NCBI RefSeq assembly: GCF_900184735.1 | Contig: NZ_LT855384.1 | Location: 31,547-71,546 of the forward strand | Origin: Paucisalibacillus globulus | GTDB taxonomy: Bacteria > Bacillota > Bacilli > Bacillales > Amphibacillaceae | Length of the DNA stretch: 40,000 nt | Direction of reading: 5' to 3' | In this document: piece by piece, positions 18,287 through 28,631 of the stretch | Layout: each line of letters begins with the position of its first letter | Position numbering within the stretch: the first letter of the stretch is position 1 | Made by a program: the position numbers and the translations under genes | Notes under the pieces: generated by a model | Seen by the model: the letters and a program-made list of their open reading frames with translations, nothing else | Told to the model about the DNA's origin: nothing | Database searches by the model: none

Positions 18287-18642
18287 ACGCTCGTAGAAAA
18301 GCCATTCAAATGTTGTATCGTGGCACTTGTACAGTAAAAACGTGGGAAAGTGTAATGGATCCAGTAACAAAGATTACAACTCCACGGGAAGTAACTAAAT
18401 ATCTAGATCAACCTTGTAAACTTTCATACCAAAAACAAACAACAGCATCTAGTACAGGAGGTCCAGCGGTAATATCTCAGACTATCAAACTATCACTTGT
18501 TCCTGAACTAGAGATACCTGCTGGAAGTAAAATTATAGTCACTCAAGATGGTAAAACAACGGAGTTTGCTCGAAGTGGTGAGCCAGAAGTACGCATGGAC
18601 CATCAACACCTTACGTTGGAACTGTTTAAGGGTTATGCGTAA
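18280..18642 (+). CDS. Head-tail adaptor / head closure protein
   Basis: Position in the connector block. Overlapping start and stop with both neighbours. Confidence 0.55.
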   Translation: MVNARRKAIQMLYRGTCTVKTWESVMDPVTKITTPREVTKYLDQPCKLSYQKQTTASSTGGPAVISQTIKLSLVPELEIPAGSKIIVTQDGKTTEFARSGEPEVRMDHQHLTLELFKGYA

Positions 18643-19145
18643 TGGCTAGGTGGGGTAGAGTCGATTATAAGCAGCTGCAGAAGTTGCAGAAACGTATGCA
18701 GAAACTGGAAAAAGTACAATATCAACAGTTCTGTGAAGCAATGGCAAAAGAATTGGCTGCTAGATTGCTAGCAAAAGTTATCAAGCGTACACCTGTGGGC
18801 GATTACGATGACGGTACTGTTGGAGGTACTCTTCGAAGAGGATGGACTTCAAAGAGCCATCGTGAGGCAGAACTTGCTTCTACATTTGGCGGTGGATCCG
18901 GTGCTAAAAAGTTTGCTGACTCCATGACTGTTAAAAAGGTTGGCAATATTTACGAAATCGAGGTTATTAACCCAGTTGAATATGCTGCATATGTTGAGTT
19001 TGGGCACCGTACTCGTAATCATCAAGGGTGGGTTCCAGGTCGATTCATGATGACAATATCTGCTGATGAATTAGAACGACAAGCACCAAAAATCATTGAA
19101 AGAAAGCTTATTAAACTATTGGGAGATGCGTTTAATGGAGATTAA
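18642..19145 (+). CDS. HK97 gp10-family tail/neck protein (XkdI-like)
   Basis: IEVINPVEYAAYVEFGHRT motif typical of HK97 gp10 family proteins. Confidence 0.8.
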   Translation: MARWGRVDYKQLQKLQKRMQKLEKVQYQQFCEAMAKELAARLLAKVIKRTPVGDYDDGTVGGTLRRGWTSKSHREAELASTFGGGSGAKKFADSMTVKKVGNIYEIEVINPVEYAAYVEFGHRTRNHQGWVPGRFMMTISADELERQAPKIIERKLIKLLGDAFNGD

Positions 19146-19557
19146 AGACATTATTACAGCTATCTCCATTAAGCTAAATCAAGTCTTTGGAGATAGTTAC
19201 ACAAATTATACGGATGATGTAGAGCAGGGCTTTCAGGCACCTGCTTTTTTAATTCTCTTTTTAAATTTAGAGAATATACGACAAATCGGTAATCGATGGA
19301 GAGTGACAACACTCTTTAATGTGCAATATTTTCCATCTGGTGGGGTACTAGACGCTGCTAGCCATGCATTGAGGGTACAACAAGCTCTAAAGGAAATAAC
19401 GCTCTTAAATGGCTCTATTATGCTTGGAACAGGAGCGAATAGTGAAATCGTCGATGGAAATGCACATAACTTTATTAACTTCAATTTCTACTTACAAGAA
19501 GTTGAAGCAAAAACATTCATGGAATCGTTAGATCAACACTCTATATCGAAAGGGTGA
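19135..19557 (+). CDS. Tail completion/neck protein (XkdJ-like position)
   Basis: The internal ATG at 19135 overlaps the upstream stop. The track start at 19096 would overlap 50 nt. Confidence 0.55.
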   Translation: MEIKDIITAISIKLNQVFGDSYTNYTDDVEQGFQAPAFLILFLNLENIRQIGNRWRVTTLFNVQYFPSGGVLDAASHALRVQQALKEITLLNGSIMLGTGANSEIVDGNAHNFINFNFYLQEVEAKTFMESLDQHSISKG

Positions 19558-19562
19558 AATAA

Positions 19563-19739
19563 GTGGCAAATAAAAAAACTGAAGAAGTTGCTTCTTTTAC
19601 AAAACAACAACTTCTAAAAAGTAAAAAATATGCCCATCGTCAAGATGCGTTAAATGCTTTGTTAAAAGATGATAAAAGCTATTCGTTTGATGAAGTGGAT
19701 AAAATCCTAGATAAATTCTACAAAGGAGGTAGTAAATAA
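19563..19739 (+). CDS. Small hypothetical ORF (58 aa)
   Basis: GTG start. Fills the gap before the sheath gene, and its TAA overlaps the sheath ATG. Confidence 0.4.
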   Translation: MANKKTEEVASFTKQQLLKSKKYAHRQDALNALLKDDKSYSFDEVDKILDKFYKGGSK

Positions 19740-21070
19740 TGCTAGGTGGAGGCACATTCCTTACACAAAACAAAGTACTACCCGGTACGTATCAAAACTT
19801 TATTTCCGCAGCACGAGCATTTGCTAACTTATCCGCGCGTGGTTACGTAGCACTTCCAATGGTTTTAGATTGGGGTCCAGATGAACAGGTGTTTACCGTG
19901 AGTCTAGAGGCATTGCAAAAGAATCTGGAAAACAACTCACGTAAAGTATTCGGTTATGAATATACGCACCCTAAATTAAAGGGGATCCGTGATGTATTCA
20001 AAAGTGCTCACACTGCATTTATTTACAAAATAAATGAGGGCGCAGTTGCTGCATCTAATACGTTTGCTACGGCGAGATACAAAGGTGTTCGTGGTAACGA
20101 TTTAAAAACCGTTATTTCTGCAAATGTAGACGAGCCAGCAAACTTTGATGTAAAAACATTCTTAGGAACTACTTTGGTTGATGAACAACTAAACGTAGTG
20201 GATGCTGCGGGCTTGGTGGATAACGACTATGTTATTTGGAAAGATGAGGCAATTTTAGCTGCAACTGCTGGAACGAACTTCACATTAGGGTCAAATGGTA
20301 CTGCGCCAACTGGAACTCCTCACCAAACAGCTCTCGATGAGTTAGAGGCTTATGGTTTCAATACGCTAGCATGCTTGAGTTCTGAACAGCCTATTAAGGA
20401 TTTGTATATAGCTTACACAAAGCGTATGCGTGATGAAGTAGGAGCTAAGTTCCAACTTGTAGGGCATAAATTAGGTGCTGCGGATCATGAGGGCATCATT
20501 GATGTTCAAAATGATGCAATTGGTGAAAGTGAAGAAGTGTTTGGAGCGGTCTATTGGACCGTTGGCGCTCAAGCAGGAGTAGCTGTAAATGAATCAAATA
20601 CCAATGATTTGTACGATGGTGAATATACGCTTGATTTGTCTGAAACGAAGACAACTTCACAACTGAAAGAATTACTGAAAGCTGGTAAGTATGTTTTCCA
20701 TCGCAATGGCGCAGAAATCTATGTGTTAGAAGATGTGAACACATTTACTTCCTTTACACCGGAAAAAAATGAAGATTTCAGCATGAACCAAGTGATTAGA
20801 GTACTAGACCAAATCGCTATAGATACCGCTCAATTATTCAATACTCGATACTTGGGTAAAGTACCAAATGATGCAGCTGGTCGTATTACGTTCTGGAAAG
20901 ATATTATTAAACATCGTGAGGAAATGCAACGATTAAGAGCAATTGAAGATTACGATAAAGAAGCATTAACGATTGAACAAGGTGATTCAAAAAAATCTGT
21001 TGTTGCTAATGAAGTAGTAAACGTGACTGTAGCAATGTCGCAATTATATATCACAACAGTGGTAGCGTAG
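19739..21070 (+). CDS. Contractile tail sheath protein
   Basis: N-terminus MLGGGTFLTQNKVLPGTYQNF is typical of Firmicute phage sheath proteins. 443 aa, followed by the tube gene. Confidence 0.9.
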   Translation: MLGGGTFLTQNKVLPGTYQNFISAARAFANLSARGYVALPMVLDWGPDEQVFTVSLEALQKNLENNSRKVFGYEYTHPKLKGIRDVFKSAHTAFIYKINEGAVAASNTFATARYKGVRGNDLKTVISANVDEPANFDVKTFLGTTLVDEQLNVVDAAGLVDNDYVIWKDEAILAATAGTNFTLGSNGTAPTGTPHQTALDELEAYGFNTLACLSSEQPIKDLYIAYTKRMRDEVGAKFQLVGHKLGAADHEGIIDVQNDAIGESEEVFGAVYWTVGAQAGVAVNESNTNDLYDGEYTLDLSETKTTSQLKELLKAGKYVFHRNGAEIYVLEDVNTFTSFTPEKNEDFSMNQVIRVLDQIAIDTAQLFNTRYLGKVPNDAAGRITFWKDIIKHREEMQRLRAIEDYDKEALTIEQGDSKKSVVANEVVNVTVAMSQLYITTVVA

Positions 21071-21083
21071 GAGGGGATATTGA

Positions 21084-21554
21084 ATGAATGAAACGATGCA
21101 TGCAAAAGATGCCATAAGTGGTGCACAGGGTGAAGCCTTTGTGACAATTGAGGGTACCCGCTATAATTTTGCTCAGCTTATCAATTTACAAGCCGACATG
21201 GGTAAAACTAAAACTCAAGTGCCAATCTTAGGTAAGGTGGGTAAGGGTAATAAGTCAACAGGTGCTGAATACACAGGAAGCGCTACTTTCCACTTTAATA
21301 CATCAATTTTCCGTGAACTGCTTTATCGTTACAAAGAAACGGGAGAAGATATTTATTTTGATATTCAAACAACAAACGAAGATAAATCTTCTTCTGTTGG
21401 CCGTCAAACTGTAATCTTAAAAGATTGTAATCTAGATGGAGGTATTATCGCCTTACTAGATGCAGACGCGGAATACCTGGAAGATTCATTTGAGTTTACC
21501 TATGAGGACTGGGATTTTCCAGAAAAATTCTCTATTCTTGATGTAATGCAATAA
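21084..21554 (+). CDS. Tail tube protein (XkdM-like)
   Basis: 156 aa after the sheath gene. GAQGEAFVTIEGTRYNFAQL...GSATFHFNTSIFRELL pattern. Confidence 0.85.
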   Translation: MNETMHAKDAISGAQGEAFVTIEGTRYNFAQLINLQADMGKTKTQVPILGKVGKGNKSTGAEYTGSATFHFNTSIFRELLYRYKETGEDIYFDIQTTNEDKSSSVGRQTVILKDCNLDGGIIALLDADAEYLEDSFEFTYEDWDFPEKFSILDVMQ

Positions 21555-21558
21555 GGTA

Positions 21559-21587
21559 AGGGCTCACTTCGGTGGGCTCTTTTTTTA
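21559..21587 (+). terminator. Rho-independent terminator/attenuator after the tube gene
   Basis: agggctcac-ttcg-gtgggctct hairpin (UUCG tetraloop, two G-U pairs) followed by T7. Confidence 0.7.
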
Positions 21588-21612
21588 AAAAATATTGTTA
21601 GGAGAATGATAG

Positions 21613-22041
21613 ATGAGTAACTTACAAGCTTTCTTTGCTCAAAATGTAGAAAAAGCACAAATAGAGGAACACGTGATTTCTAAGCGTTTTAAGGATGAAA
21701 AAGGAAATCCAATACCTTGGAAATTCGGAGCAATTGATGGAGATACAGATGCAGCAATACGTAAATCTTGTACAAAACGTATGCCTGTTCCAGGTAAGAA
21801 GGGTATGTTCATGCCTGAAACAGATTATGATCTATACACTTTAAAGACCGCAGTTGCAACAATTAAATTCCCTGATTTAAACAACGCAGAGCTCCAATCC
21901 TCTTACGGGGTTATGGGAGCAGAATCACTTCTTCAAAAAATGCTTAAGCCTGGTGAGTTAACAGAAGTGAAGAAAATCGCTCAATCAGTAAATGGCTTTG
22001 ACGTAGGTATGGACGAGCTTGTTGAAGAAGCAAAAAACTAA
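21613..22041 (+). CDS. Tail assembly chaperone (XkdN-like), short form
   Basis: Lies between the tube and tape measure genes. N-terminus MSNLQAFFAQNVEK...PWKFGAIDGD. Confidence 0.75.
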   Translation: MSNLQAFFAQNVEKAQIEEHVISKRFKDEKGNPIPWKFGAIDGDTDAAIRKSCTKRMPVPGKKGMFMPETDYDLYTLKTAVATIKFPDLNNAELQSSYGVMGAESLLQKMLKPGELTEVKKIAQSVNGFDVGMDELVEEAKN

Positions 22042-22253
22042 TAGATGACGGTGATAGTGATGCAAACATAGCACACTTTGCGTTACACAAGCTAAAACTA
22101 TTGCCGTCACAATATTTAAATCTTCCTAAACTTGAAAAGGCCTTTATAATAGCTTCGATTCAAGTGAAAATTGATGCGGAAAAGAAATCAGAGCAAAAAG
22201 CTAAACAAAATGCAAAGAGATCTGGAAAAGGTTCTCGTGGTAGAAAAAGGTAG
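21613..22253 (+). CDS. Tail assembly chaperone, -1 frameshift-extended form (gpGT-like)
   Basis: Slippery heptamer A_AAA_AAC at 22032-22038, just before the TAA. The -1 frame then stays open for 73 codons to TAG at 22251-22253. Confidence 0.6.
22032..22038 (+). promoter_or_regulatory. Programmed -1 ribosomal frameshift slippery site
   Basis: A AAA AAC in the zero frame GCA AAA AAC TAA. Canonical X_XXY_YYZ. Confidence 0.6.
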
Positions 22254-22299
22254 AATATAATCTCTCTTTTCTGTATATTTATGGGTGAGGAGGGATTGT

Positions 22300-22647
22300 A
22301 TGGCTAGAAATCAAATAATGGCTGGAGAATTCTTGCACAAACCTATTAAATTGACCATGCGGGGCAAAGTAGTAATTAACAACGGTATAGGCGATGCTAT
22401 TCCACTAGATAAAACCACAGTAAAAGAATATGAACTTATCACAGAAGACCATAGAAAAAGTGCTATAAGCGGTGTATCTAGAGGTTTAGTAGGAGGAGCT
22501 TTACTTGGACCTGTCGGATTATTGGCGGGGCTATCTGCCAAAAATAAAACGACACGAGTATTAGCAATTGAATATGTTAATGGTAAAAAAAGTTTAATAG
22601 ATATTGATGAAAAGATATATAGTATTTTCATCCAAAATATGTTTTAA
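22300..22647 (+). CDS. Hypothetical small protein with a glycine-zipper membrane segment (moron inside the tail module)
   Basis: ATG at 22300 after SD gaggaggg. Central [23 protein letters not shown]. It has its own terminator. Confidence 0.65.
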   Translation: MARNQIMAGEFLHKPIKLTMRGKVVINNGIGDAIPLDKTTVKEYELITEDHRKSAISGVSRGLVGGALLGPVGLLAGLSAKNKTTRVLAIEYVNGKKSLIDIDEKIYSIFIQNMF

Positions 22648-22674
22648 CGCATCTAACGGATGCGTTTTTATTTT
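22646..22674 (+). terminator. Rho-independent terminator
   Basis: aacgcatc-taacg-gatgcgtt perfect 8-bp hairpin followed by TTTTTATTTT. Confidence 0.7.
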
Positions 22675-22696
22675 GCTTAAAAAAGGCGGTGAAAAC

Positions 22697-24661
22697 ATGA
22701 CCACAATTAAAACCGCAATACAGATCAATGATATGATGTCCCAACAGTTCAGAGCTATGAACATGGCGATGACAACAGTTATTGATAGTTTCCAAACTTT
22801 GCAGGATGCAACAGGTAAAGCGATAAATGTTTCTGCGCTAAATGCTGCCCAGCGAGAATTACAACAAGTAGAAGCAAATTTCAATCAAATTGAAGATGAA
22901 ATTAGACAAGCCAATGAGCAACAACAAAAACTAAATAACAGCGTTCGTAATGGAAAGAATGCATCTGATGGCTTACTTTCTAGCGTGAAAACTATTGCAG
23001 CTACTTATTTATCTTTTCAAGGCGCAAAAGGCTTATTTGGTCTTTCCGACCAAGTAACCAATACAACAGCTCGTTTAAACCTAATGAATGACGAACTTCA
23101 GACAACGGCTGAATTGCAACAAATGATTATGGAGTCAGCAATACGTTCCAGGGGTCAATATTTACAAACGGCTGATATAGTGTCCAAATTGGGGCAGAGA
23201 GCAAGTGATGCTTTTGGATCTAATCGAGAAACTATTGCCTTTGCAGAAAACTTAAACAAGCTATTTGTAATTGCAGGAGCATCACAACAGGAAGTCTATT
23301 CTGCTAGTTTACAATTAACACAAGCATTGGGGTCAGGAGTGCTTCGAGGTGAAGAACTAAACGCTGTATTCGAAGCTGCGCCAAATGTTATTCAAACCAT
23401 TGCTGATTATTTAGAAGTTCCCATCGGACAAATAAGGGATATGGCATCTGAAGGGGAAATTACAGCTGACATTGTTAAAAATGCAATGCTTGGTGCCACA
23501 GACGAAATCAATGCAAAGTTCGAGGAAATGCCTTACACGTTTGGCCAAGTATGGAATCTCTTCTTAAATAATATGTATCAGATTTTTGAGCCGTTGATTC
23601 AAGTAATAGGTGCAGGAGCTCAATTTATATACGATAATTGGTCTACTTTAGAGCCTATCTTCTGGGGACTAGTGGCTGCGGTTGGCGCTTATACAATTGC
23701 TTTGGGAATACAAACGGCAGTCACGTGGTTAGCAGTTGCTGCAAACAGAGCTTTAATTGCTGCTATGCTTACCAATCCAATTGGATGGATCGCCTTGGCT
23801 ATTGGATTTTTAGTAGCTTGGATTTACAAGTGGATTGAATCAGTTGGTGGAATACAAATCGCTTGGGCAATAGCAATGAACTACATTCAAACTGGTTGGG
23901 ACGTACTTAAAATTGCTTTTATGGCTGGAGTATTTTATGTATTGAATGAACTCGACAAATTGAAGTTAGGATTCAAAATGGTGAGTACAGCTGTTCAAAA
24001 TTACATGGGTGATATGAAAGCCGGAACGCTCCTCATACTTCAAATGATGGTCAACGGAGCAATTGGAATTATTAACGATTTCATTGCAGTACTCAACAAA
24101 CTTCCAGGAGTATCTATTGATGCAATTGGGACAGTAACTTTTGGTAGTGCTGCCGTTTTAGAAAATGAAGCAATGAAGTCTGCTAGGAATGCGGAATTAG
24201 GTCAATATACTATTGATATAGCTTCAAGTATATCCGAACGTGACGCTTCACTTCAAAAAATGCAAGGAGAGGCTCTAGCGGGATGGGCTAAACGGAGTGC
24301 AGAAATAAAGGACATGCAAGCAGCTGCTCGTTTAGATGAAGGAACTTCCCCGTCACTTGGAACATTTGACTTTGTTGCTCCACAACTAAAGGATTTACAG
24401 GCTAGTGGAGCTGATACGGCTGGTAACACGAAAAAAATTGCTGATAGCGTAAATATGACACAGGAAGACATCAGTTATCTAAAAGACATCGCAGAGCGTG
24501 AAGCAATCAACCGTTATACTACTGCAGAAATCAAAGTAGATATGAAAAACGAGAATCACATTAATAACGATATGGACATTGACGGTGTTATTGACCGCTT
24601 TGGTGAACGTGTGGAAGAAGTAGCTGAGGTATTAGCAGAAGGGGGTTATGAAGATATATAA
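22697..24661 (+). CDS. Tail tape measure protein
   Basis: ATG at 22697 after SD aaggcggtg. Long alpha-helical protein with a central hydrophobic block ([15 protein letters not shown]...[16 protein letters not shown]). The track start at 22604 would read through the upstream terminator. Confidence 0.9.
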   Translation: MTTIKTAIQINDMMSQQFRAMNMAMTTVIDSFQTLQDATGKAINVSALNAAQRELQQVEANFNQIEDEIRQANEQQQKLNNSVRNGKNASDGLLSSVKTIAATYLSFQGAKGLFGLSDQVTNTTARLNLMNDELQTTAELQQMIMESAIRSRGQYLQTADIVSKLGQRASDAFGSNRETIAFAENLNKLFVIAGASQQEVYSASLQLTQALGSGVLRGEELNAVFEAAPNVIQTIADYLEVPIGQIRDMASEGEITADIVKNAMLGATDEINAKFEEMPYTFGQVWNLFLNNMYQIFEPLIQVIGAGAQFIYDNWSTLEPIFWGLVAAVGAYTIALGIQTAVTWLAVAANRALIAAMLTNPIGWIALAIGFLVAWIYKWIESVGGIQIAWAIAMNYIQTGWDVLKIAFMAGVFYVLNELDKLKLGFKMVSTAVQNYMGDMKAGTLLILQMMVNGAIGIINDFIAVLNKLPGVSIDAIGTVTFGSAAVLENEAMKSARNAELGQYTIDIASSISERDASLQKMQGEALAGWAKRSAEIKDMQAAARLDEGTSPSLGTFDFVAPQLKDLQASGADTAGNTKKIADSVNMTQEDISYLKDIAEREAINRYTTAEIKVDMKNENHINNDMDIDGVIDRFGERVEEVAEVLAEGGYEDI

Positions 24662-25301
24662 CTTCTTTATTGATGGACTGCAATTACCAGTAGCGCCATC
24701 ACAGATGTCAACCCAAATAAACAACAGCAATGAAACTATTACTCTCATGAATGAAGGAGAAGTAAATATATTAAAAAAGCCAGGACTAACGGATATTGAA
24801 TTTGAGGTGTTATTACCTAATGTTCGATATCCGTTTGCTGTATATCCAAATGGATTTAAACCTGCAGCACACTATTTAAATAAACTTGAGCAATTAAAGG
24901 TCAATCAAAAGAGTTTTCAATTTATCGTGAATCGAATGATGCCAAATGGAAAGCTGTTATTTGATACAAATATGACTGTTTCCTTAGAGGATTATGAAAT
25001 TGAAGAAGATGCAGAGGAAGGCTTTGATATTCGTGTAACCATAAACCTAAAGCAATTCAAATCATTTGGTACAAAAAAAGTTAAGGTTAAGCCAAATACG
25101 AAAAAGGCAACTGTGAAGAAAACTCGGAGTACTTCTGGAAAGAAAAAATATAGAACCCACAAAGTTGTACGGGGCGATACTCTATGGGCGATTGCTAAAC
25201 GGTACTTGGGAAGTGGGACAAGATATCCAGAAATCGCCAAACTCAATAAAATAAAAAACCCTAATCTTATCTATCCTGGGCAAGTTTTCAAGATTCCATA
25301 G
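24648..25301 (+). CDS. LysM-domain tail protein (XkdP-like)
   Basis: C-terminal LysM domain [21 protein letters not shown]...[10 protein letters not shown]. Confidence 0.85.
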   Translation: MKIYNFFIDGLQLPVAPSQMSTQINNSNETITLMNEGEVNILKKPGLTDIEFEVLLPNVRYPFAVYPNGFKPAAHYLNKLEQLKVNQKSFQFIVNRMMPNGKLLFDTNMTVSLEDYEIEEDAEEGFDIRVTINLKQFKSFGTKKVKVKPNTKKATVKKTRSTSGKKKYRTHKVVRGDTLWAIAKRYLGSGTRYPEIAKLNKIKNPNLIYPGQVFKIP

Positions 25302-25317
25302 GTAGAGGTGATAAAGT

Positions 25318-26280
25318 GTGGCTAAGTCAAAATTATATATCATAACCCGTGGATTTATTTATGAGTGCGCTGTGGAAGAATCAATAGTGTGGGAAACTCA
25401 CCGTAAAGGAAGCCCGGGCAAGCTTACATTTAATGTTATAAAAGACAATGTAATAAGCTTTCACGAGGGCGATGCTGTTCGATTCGAATATGATGGAAAA
25501 AAAGTATTTTATGGCTTTGTTTTTACTAAAAAGCGTAAGGATAAAAGAATTATCAGCGTGACAGCTTATGATCAACTTCGTTATTTTAAAAATAAAGATA
25601 CGTACACGTATGCTAATAAAACTGCCTCTCAACTGCTTAAAATGATTGCTCGGGACTTTAACCTTAAAACCGGTACTGTTGAAGATACAAAACATGTTAT
25701 TAGATCGCGTGTCGAGGACAATCAAGAACTATTTGCGATAATGGACTATCCTTTGTCAGAAACAATCCTGAATACTGGTAATATGTATATACTTTATGAT
25801 GATTACGGGTCGCTCAATCTTCGAAATGTATCGCGTTTAAAAACAGATATTCTAATCGATGAAGATACAGGTGAGACTTTCGAGTATACATCTTCGATTG
25901 ATGATAAGACTTATAACAAAATTAAGTTAATCCGAGAAAACAAAGAAACCGGCAAGCGAGAGATTTTTATTACGCAAGATGGTATTAACATCAACAATTG
26001 GGGTGTTCTTCAGTACACAGACAAACTGGACCAAGGTGTTAACGGGAAGGCTAAGGCAGATGCTCTATTAAAACTGTACAATAGGAAAACCCGTAAGCTT
26101 CACATGAATAAAATATTTGGGGATGTTCGTGTAAGAGGAGGATCATCTGTTGGAGTGCAAATGAATCTAGGTGATTTGAATGTTGCTAACTTTATGATGG
26201 TTGAAACTGTAAAACACACATTCAAAGAATCGGATCATCGGATGGATTTAAAGTTAATTGGAGGTGATTTCATTGCGTGA
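25318..26280 (+). CDS. Baseplate hub / late control D-like protein (XkdQ-like)
   Basis: Size and position. N-terminal WETHRKGSPGKLTFNV...ISVTAYDQLRYFKNKD pattern. Confidence 0.75.
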   Translation: MAKSKLYIITRGFIYECAVEESIVWETHRKGSPGKLTFNVIKDNVISFHEGDAVRFEYDGKKVFYGFVFTKKRKDKRIISVTAYDQLRYFKNKDTYTYANKTASQLLKMIARDFNLKTGTVEDTKHVIRSRVEDNQELFAIMDYPLSETILNTGNMYILYDDYGSLNLRNVSRLKTDILIDEDTGETFEYTSSIDDKTYNKIKLIRENKETGKREIFITQDGININNWGVLQYTDKLDQGVNGKAKADALLKLYNRKTRKLHMNKIFGDVRVRGGSSVGVQMNLGDLNVANFMMVETVKHTFKESDHRMDLKLIGGDFIA

Positions 26281-26590
26281 TATGACGGACATTCTAAATA
26301 ATATTAGAAGAATCGCAGTAAATGCAGTGAATGCCCAAAAACTCGCAGATGTTGCACATGGCCGTGTTATTCAAACAGGTCCTTTAAAGATTCAAATTGA
26401 CCAAAAGTTAATATTGAATGAAGAGCATCTTATTTTAACAAAAGCTGTTACAGATTATGTAACTGAAATGAGTATAGACGGCGGACCTAAACAAACTTAT
26501 ACAGTTTATAACGGTCTTAGACCAGGTGATCTAGTCACTATGATACGTTCTCATGGTGGCCAACAATACATCATCATCGATAAGGAGTGA
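26273..26590 (+). CDS. Baseplate spike-associated small protein (XkdR-like)
   Basis: TTG at 26273 lies 6 nt after SD ggaggtg; 26258 and 26282 are also possible starts. Assigned by position in the Xkd order. Confidence 0.6.
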   Translation: MRDMTDILNNIRRIAVNAVNAQKLADVAHGRVIQTGPLKIQIDQKLILNEEHLILTKAVTDYVTEMSIDGGPKQTYTVYNGLRPGDLVTMIRSHGGQQYIIIDKE

Positions 26591-26594
26591 TGAT

Positions 26595-27002
26595 ATGATT
26601 CCTCAACAATTAGAAAATGATGGTTTAACACTGGATTTTGAGGAAGAAATGGAACCATCCAAAACATTTAAATTAGATTTAGATTTAAATCGCTGTGTAG
26701 GCTTCGTTGATGATTTAGAAGCTGTTAGACAAGCGATTTTTTTAATGACCTCTATTGAACGATATGAGCACATCATTTATAGCTGGGATGTTGGTATAGA
26801 ACTGCAAGATTTATACGGGATGCCTACTGCTTATGTAGCATCTGAAATACCAAGGCGTTTACAAGAGTGCTTATTACAAGATGACAGAATAACAGCAGTA
26901 GACTCTTTTGAGGTTACGGCCGTTAAAAAGAAAGTCCATGTTAAATACGTTGCCCACACCATTTATGGAGATATTGAGATAGAAAGCGAGGTGGACTACT
27001 GA
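26595..27002 (+). CDS. Baseplate wedge small protein (XkdS-like)
   Basis: ATG at 26595 after SD aaggag. The track start at 26553 would overlap the upstream gene. Confidence 0.65.
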   Translation: MIPQQLENDGLTLDFEEEMEPSKTFKLDLDLNRCVGFVDDLEAVRQAIFLMTSIERYEHIIYSWDVGIELQDLYGMPTAYVASEIPRRLQECLLQDDRITAVDSFEVTAVKKKVHVKYVAHTIYGDIEIESEVDY

Positions 27003-28090
27003 TGGTGGAACCAATCGACTTAAATACAACATATGAAGATCTAATGGAGCGGAAACTTGCAGGAGTTGATGACTCACTCGATAAGCGAGAAACAGGTATT
27101 ATCTATACTGCTACTGCTGCCAATAGCGCTGAAACGGCACAAATGCTTATTACGATAAAACATAACAATGATATGGTATTCGCCGATACTGCTCCAAGAG
27201 AAAATCTAATTCGAATAGCTTCAGAAAGAGGTTTAAAACCTTACACTGCATCAAAAGCCAAGCTGAAGGGTGTATTTAATATAGATGTCCCTATTGGCTC
27301 TCGTTTTAGCCTAGATGATTTGAATTATGTTGTTACTGAACGAATTGCTATTGGAGAGTTTATCCTGGAGTGCGAAACGGAAGGTAATATAGGTAACTTA
27401 TACTTAGGTACCTTAATACCAATCGAGTATATTGATGGTTTAACCAGTGCAGAACTAACGGAGGTCCTTATTCCCGGTGAGGATGAGGAAGATACAGAGG
27501 ACTTTCGTAGGCGCTATTTTAATAGTTTTAATTCAGTTGCCTTTGGTGGTAATCGTGCAGATTATAAAGCAAAAGTTGTTGCATTAGAAGGTGTTGGCGG
27601 TGTCCGTGTGTATCGTGCTAAGTACGGAGCAGGTACTGTTGGTTTAACAATCATAAACTCGCAATACGAAAAACCTACTCAAACCCTAATCGATTCTGTT
27701 CAACAAGCAGTAGATCCACTAACTGCTCAGGGTGAGGGAGTTGGAACAGCACCTCTTGATCATATCGTGACTGTTTCAGAGGTTAATGAAACAAATATAG
27801 ATATCACATTAAATATCACCTATCAGAGCGGATGGACTTGGCCTGATATCGAAACTAATGTGTTAAGTACAATTGATAACTATTTTAAAGAGCTATCCGA
27901 ATTATGGGCAGAGGCTCAAACATATGAGGAAGATCATGCAGGGTTAATTGTAAGAATATCTCAGATTGAAACTAGACTTTTAGGTGTTCCTGGTGTCATT
28001 GATATCGCTAACACCCTACTGAATGGTGGGACTTCAAATATTGAACTAGATAAAGAAGCTATTCCGAAACGTGGTGTTGTAGTTGGCTAG
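27002..28090 (+). CDS. Baseplate J-like protein (XkdT-like)
   Basis: 362 aa in the expected position. Typical N-terminal TYEDLMERKL...IIYTATAANSAE pattern. Confidence 0.85.
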   Translation: MVEPIDLNTTYEDLMERKLAGVDDSLDKRETGIIYTATAANSAETAQMLITIKHNNDMVFADTAPRENLIRIASERGLKPYTASKAKLKGVFNIDVPIGSRFSLDDLNYVVTERIAIGEFILECETEGNIGNLYLGTLIPIEYIDGLTSAELTEVLIPGEDEEDTEDFRRRYFNSFNSVAFGGNRADYKAKVVALEGVGGVRVYRAKYGAGTVGLTIINSQYEKPTQTLIDSVQQAVDPLTAQGEGVGTAPLDHIVTVSEVNETNIDITLNITYQSGWTWPDIETNVLSTIDNYFKELSELWAEAQTYEEDHAGLIVRISQIETRLLGVPGVIDIANTLLNGGTSNIELDKEAIPKRGVVVG

Positions 28091-28631
28091 AGACGTTGAT
28101 ATATTAAGCTATTTACCTCCAGTACTTCATCAAGTAAAAGAAGTAGTTGAAATTGCTAACGTGGAGAAAAATCCGCTGGAAGCAACTTGGGAAGCTATTG
28201 AACAGAGTTTAAATAATCGATTTATCCTTACAGCTGATGAAGAAGGACTTGCAAGACAAGAAAAAATGTTGAAAATTAACGTACCGGCAACTGATACGAT
28301 TGAAACTCGTAGATTTAGACTTCTTACTCGTTATCAAGAGCAGGCTCCTTATTCCAATTCTGTGCTTAAGCAGCTACTAGATAGTTTGTTGGGGGAGAAT
28401 GGTTATGTGATGACTCGTGACATAGCTGGTAAAAAACTAAAAGTAAAAATAGAACTTACCGTTAAAGGCCAGTTTGATGCAGTAGTCATAATGCTAGAGC
28501 GTATTACACCGCAGAATATGATTTTAACCGTTGAATTACGCTATAACCAACATAGTTTATTAAGTCAGTTTACTCATGCTCAATTAGCCGCCTTTACACA
28601 TAAGCAATTACGAGAGGATGTGTTAACTTAA
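28083..28631 (+). CDS. Baseplate/tail fibre adaptor (XkdU-like)
   Basis: 182 aa after the baseplate J-like gene. YLPPVL...FILTADEEGLARQEKML pattern. Confidence 0.7.
   Translation: MARDVDILSYLPPVLHQVKEVVEIANVEKNPLEATWEAIEQSLNNRFILTADEEGLARQEKMLKINVPATDTIETRRFRLLTRYQEQAPYSNSVLKQLLDSLLGENGYVMTRDIAGKKLKVKIELTVKGQFDAVVIMLERITPQNMILTVELRYNQHSLLSQFTHAQLAAFTHKQLREDVLT

Noticed and set aside
22604-22696. Track start of the tape measure ORF at 22604
   Set aside because: That start would overlap the upstream gene and read through its terminator hairpin. The ATG at 22697 has a proper SD and a typical tape measure N-terminus.
22311-22884. Two minus-strand ORFs (106 aa and 96 aa) over the tail moron and tape measure start
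   Set aside because: Both are antisense to better-supported + strand genes and span a + strand terminator. Neither has a ribosome-binding site.
25381-25725. 114-aa minus-strand ORF inside the XkdQ-like gene
   Set aside because: It is an antisense shadow ORF in AT-rich coding sequence, with no SD.
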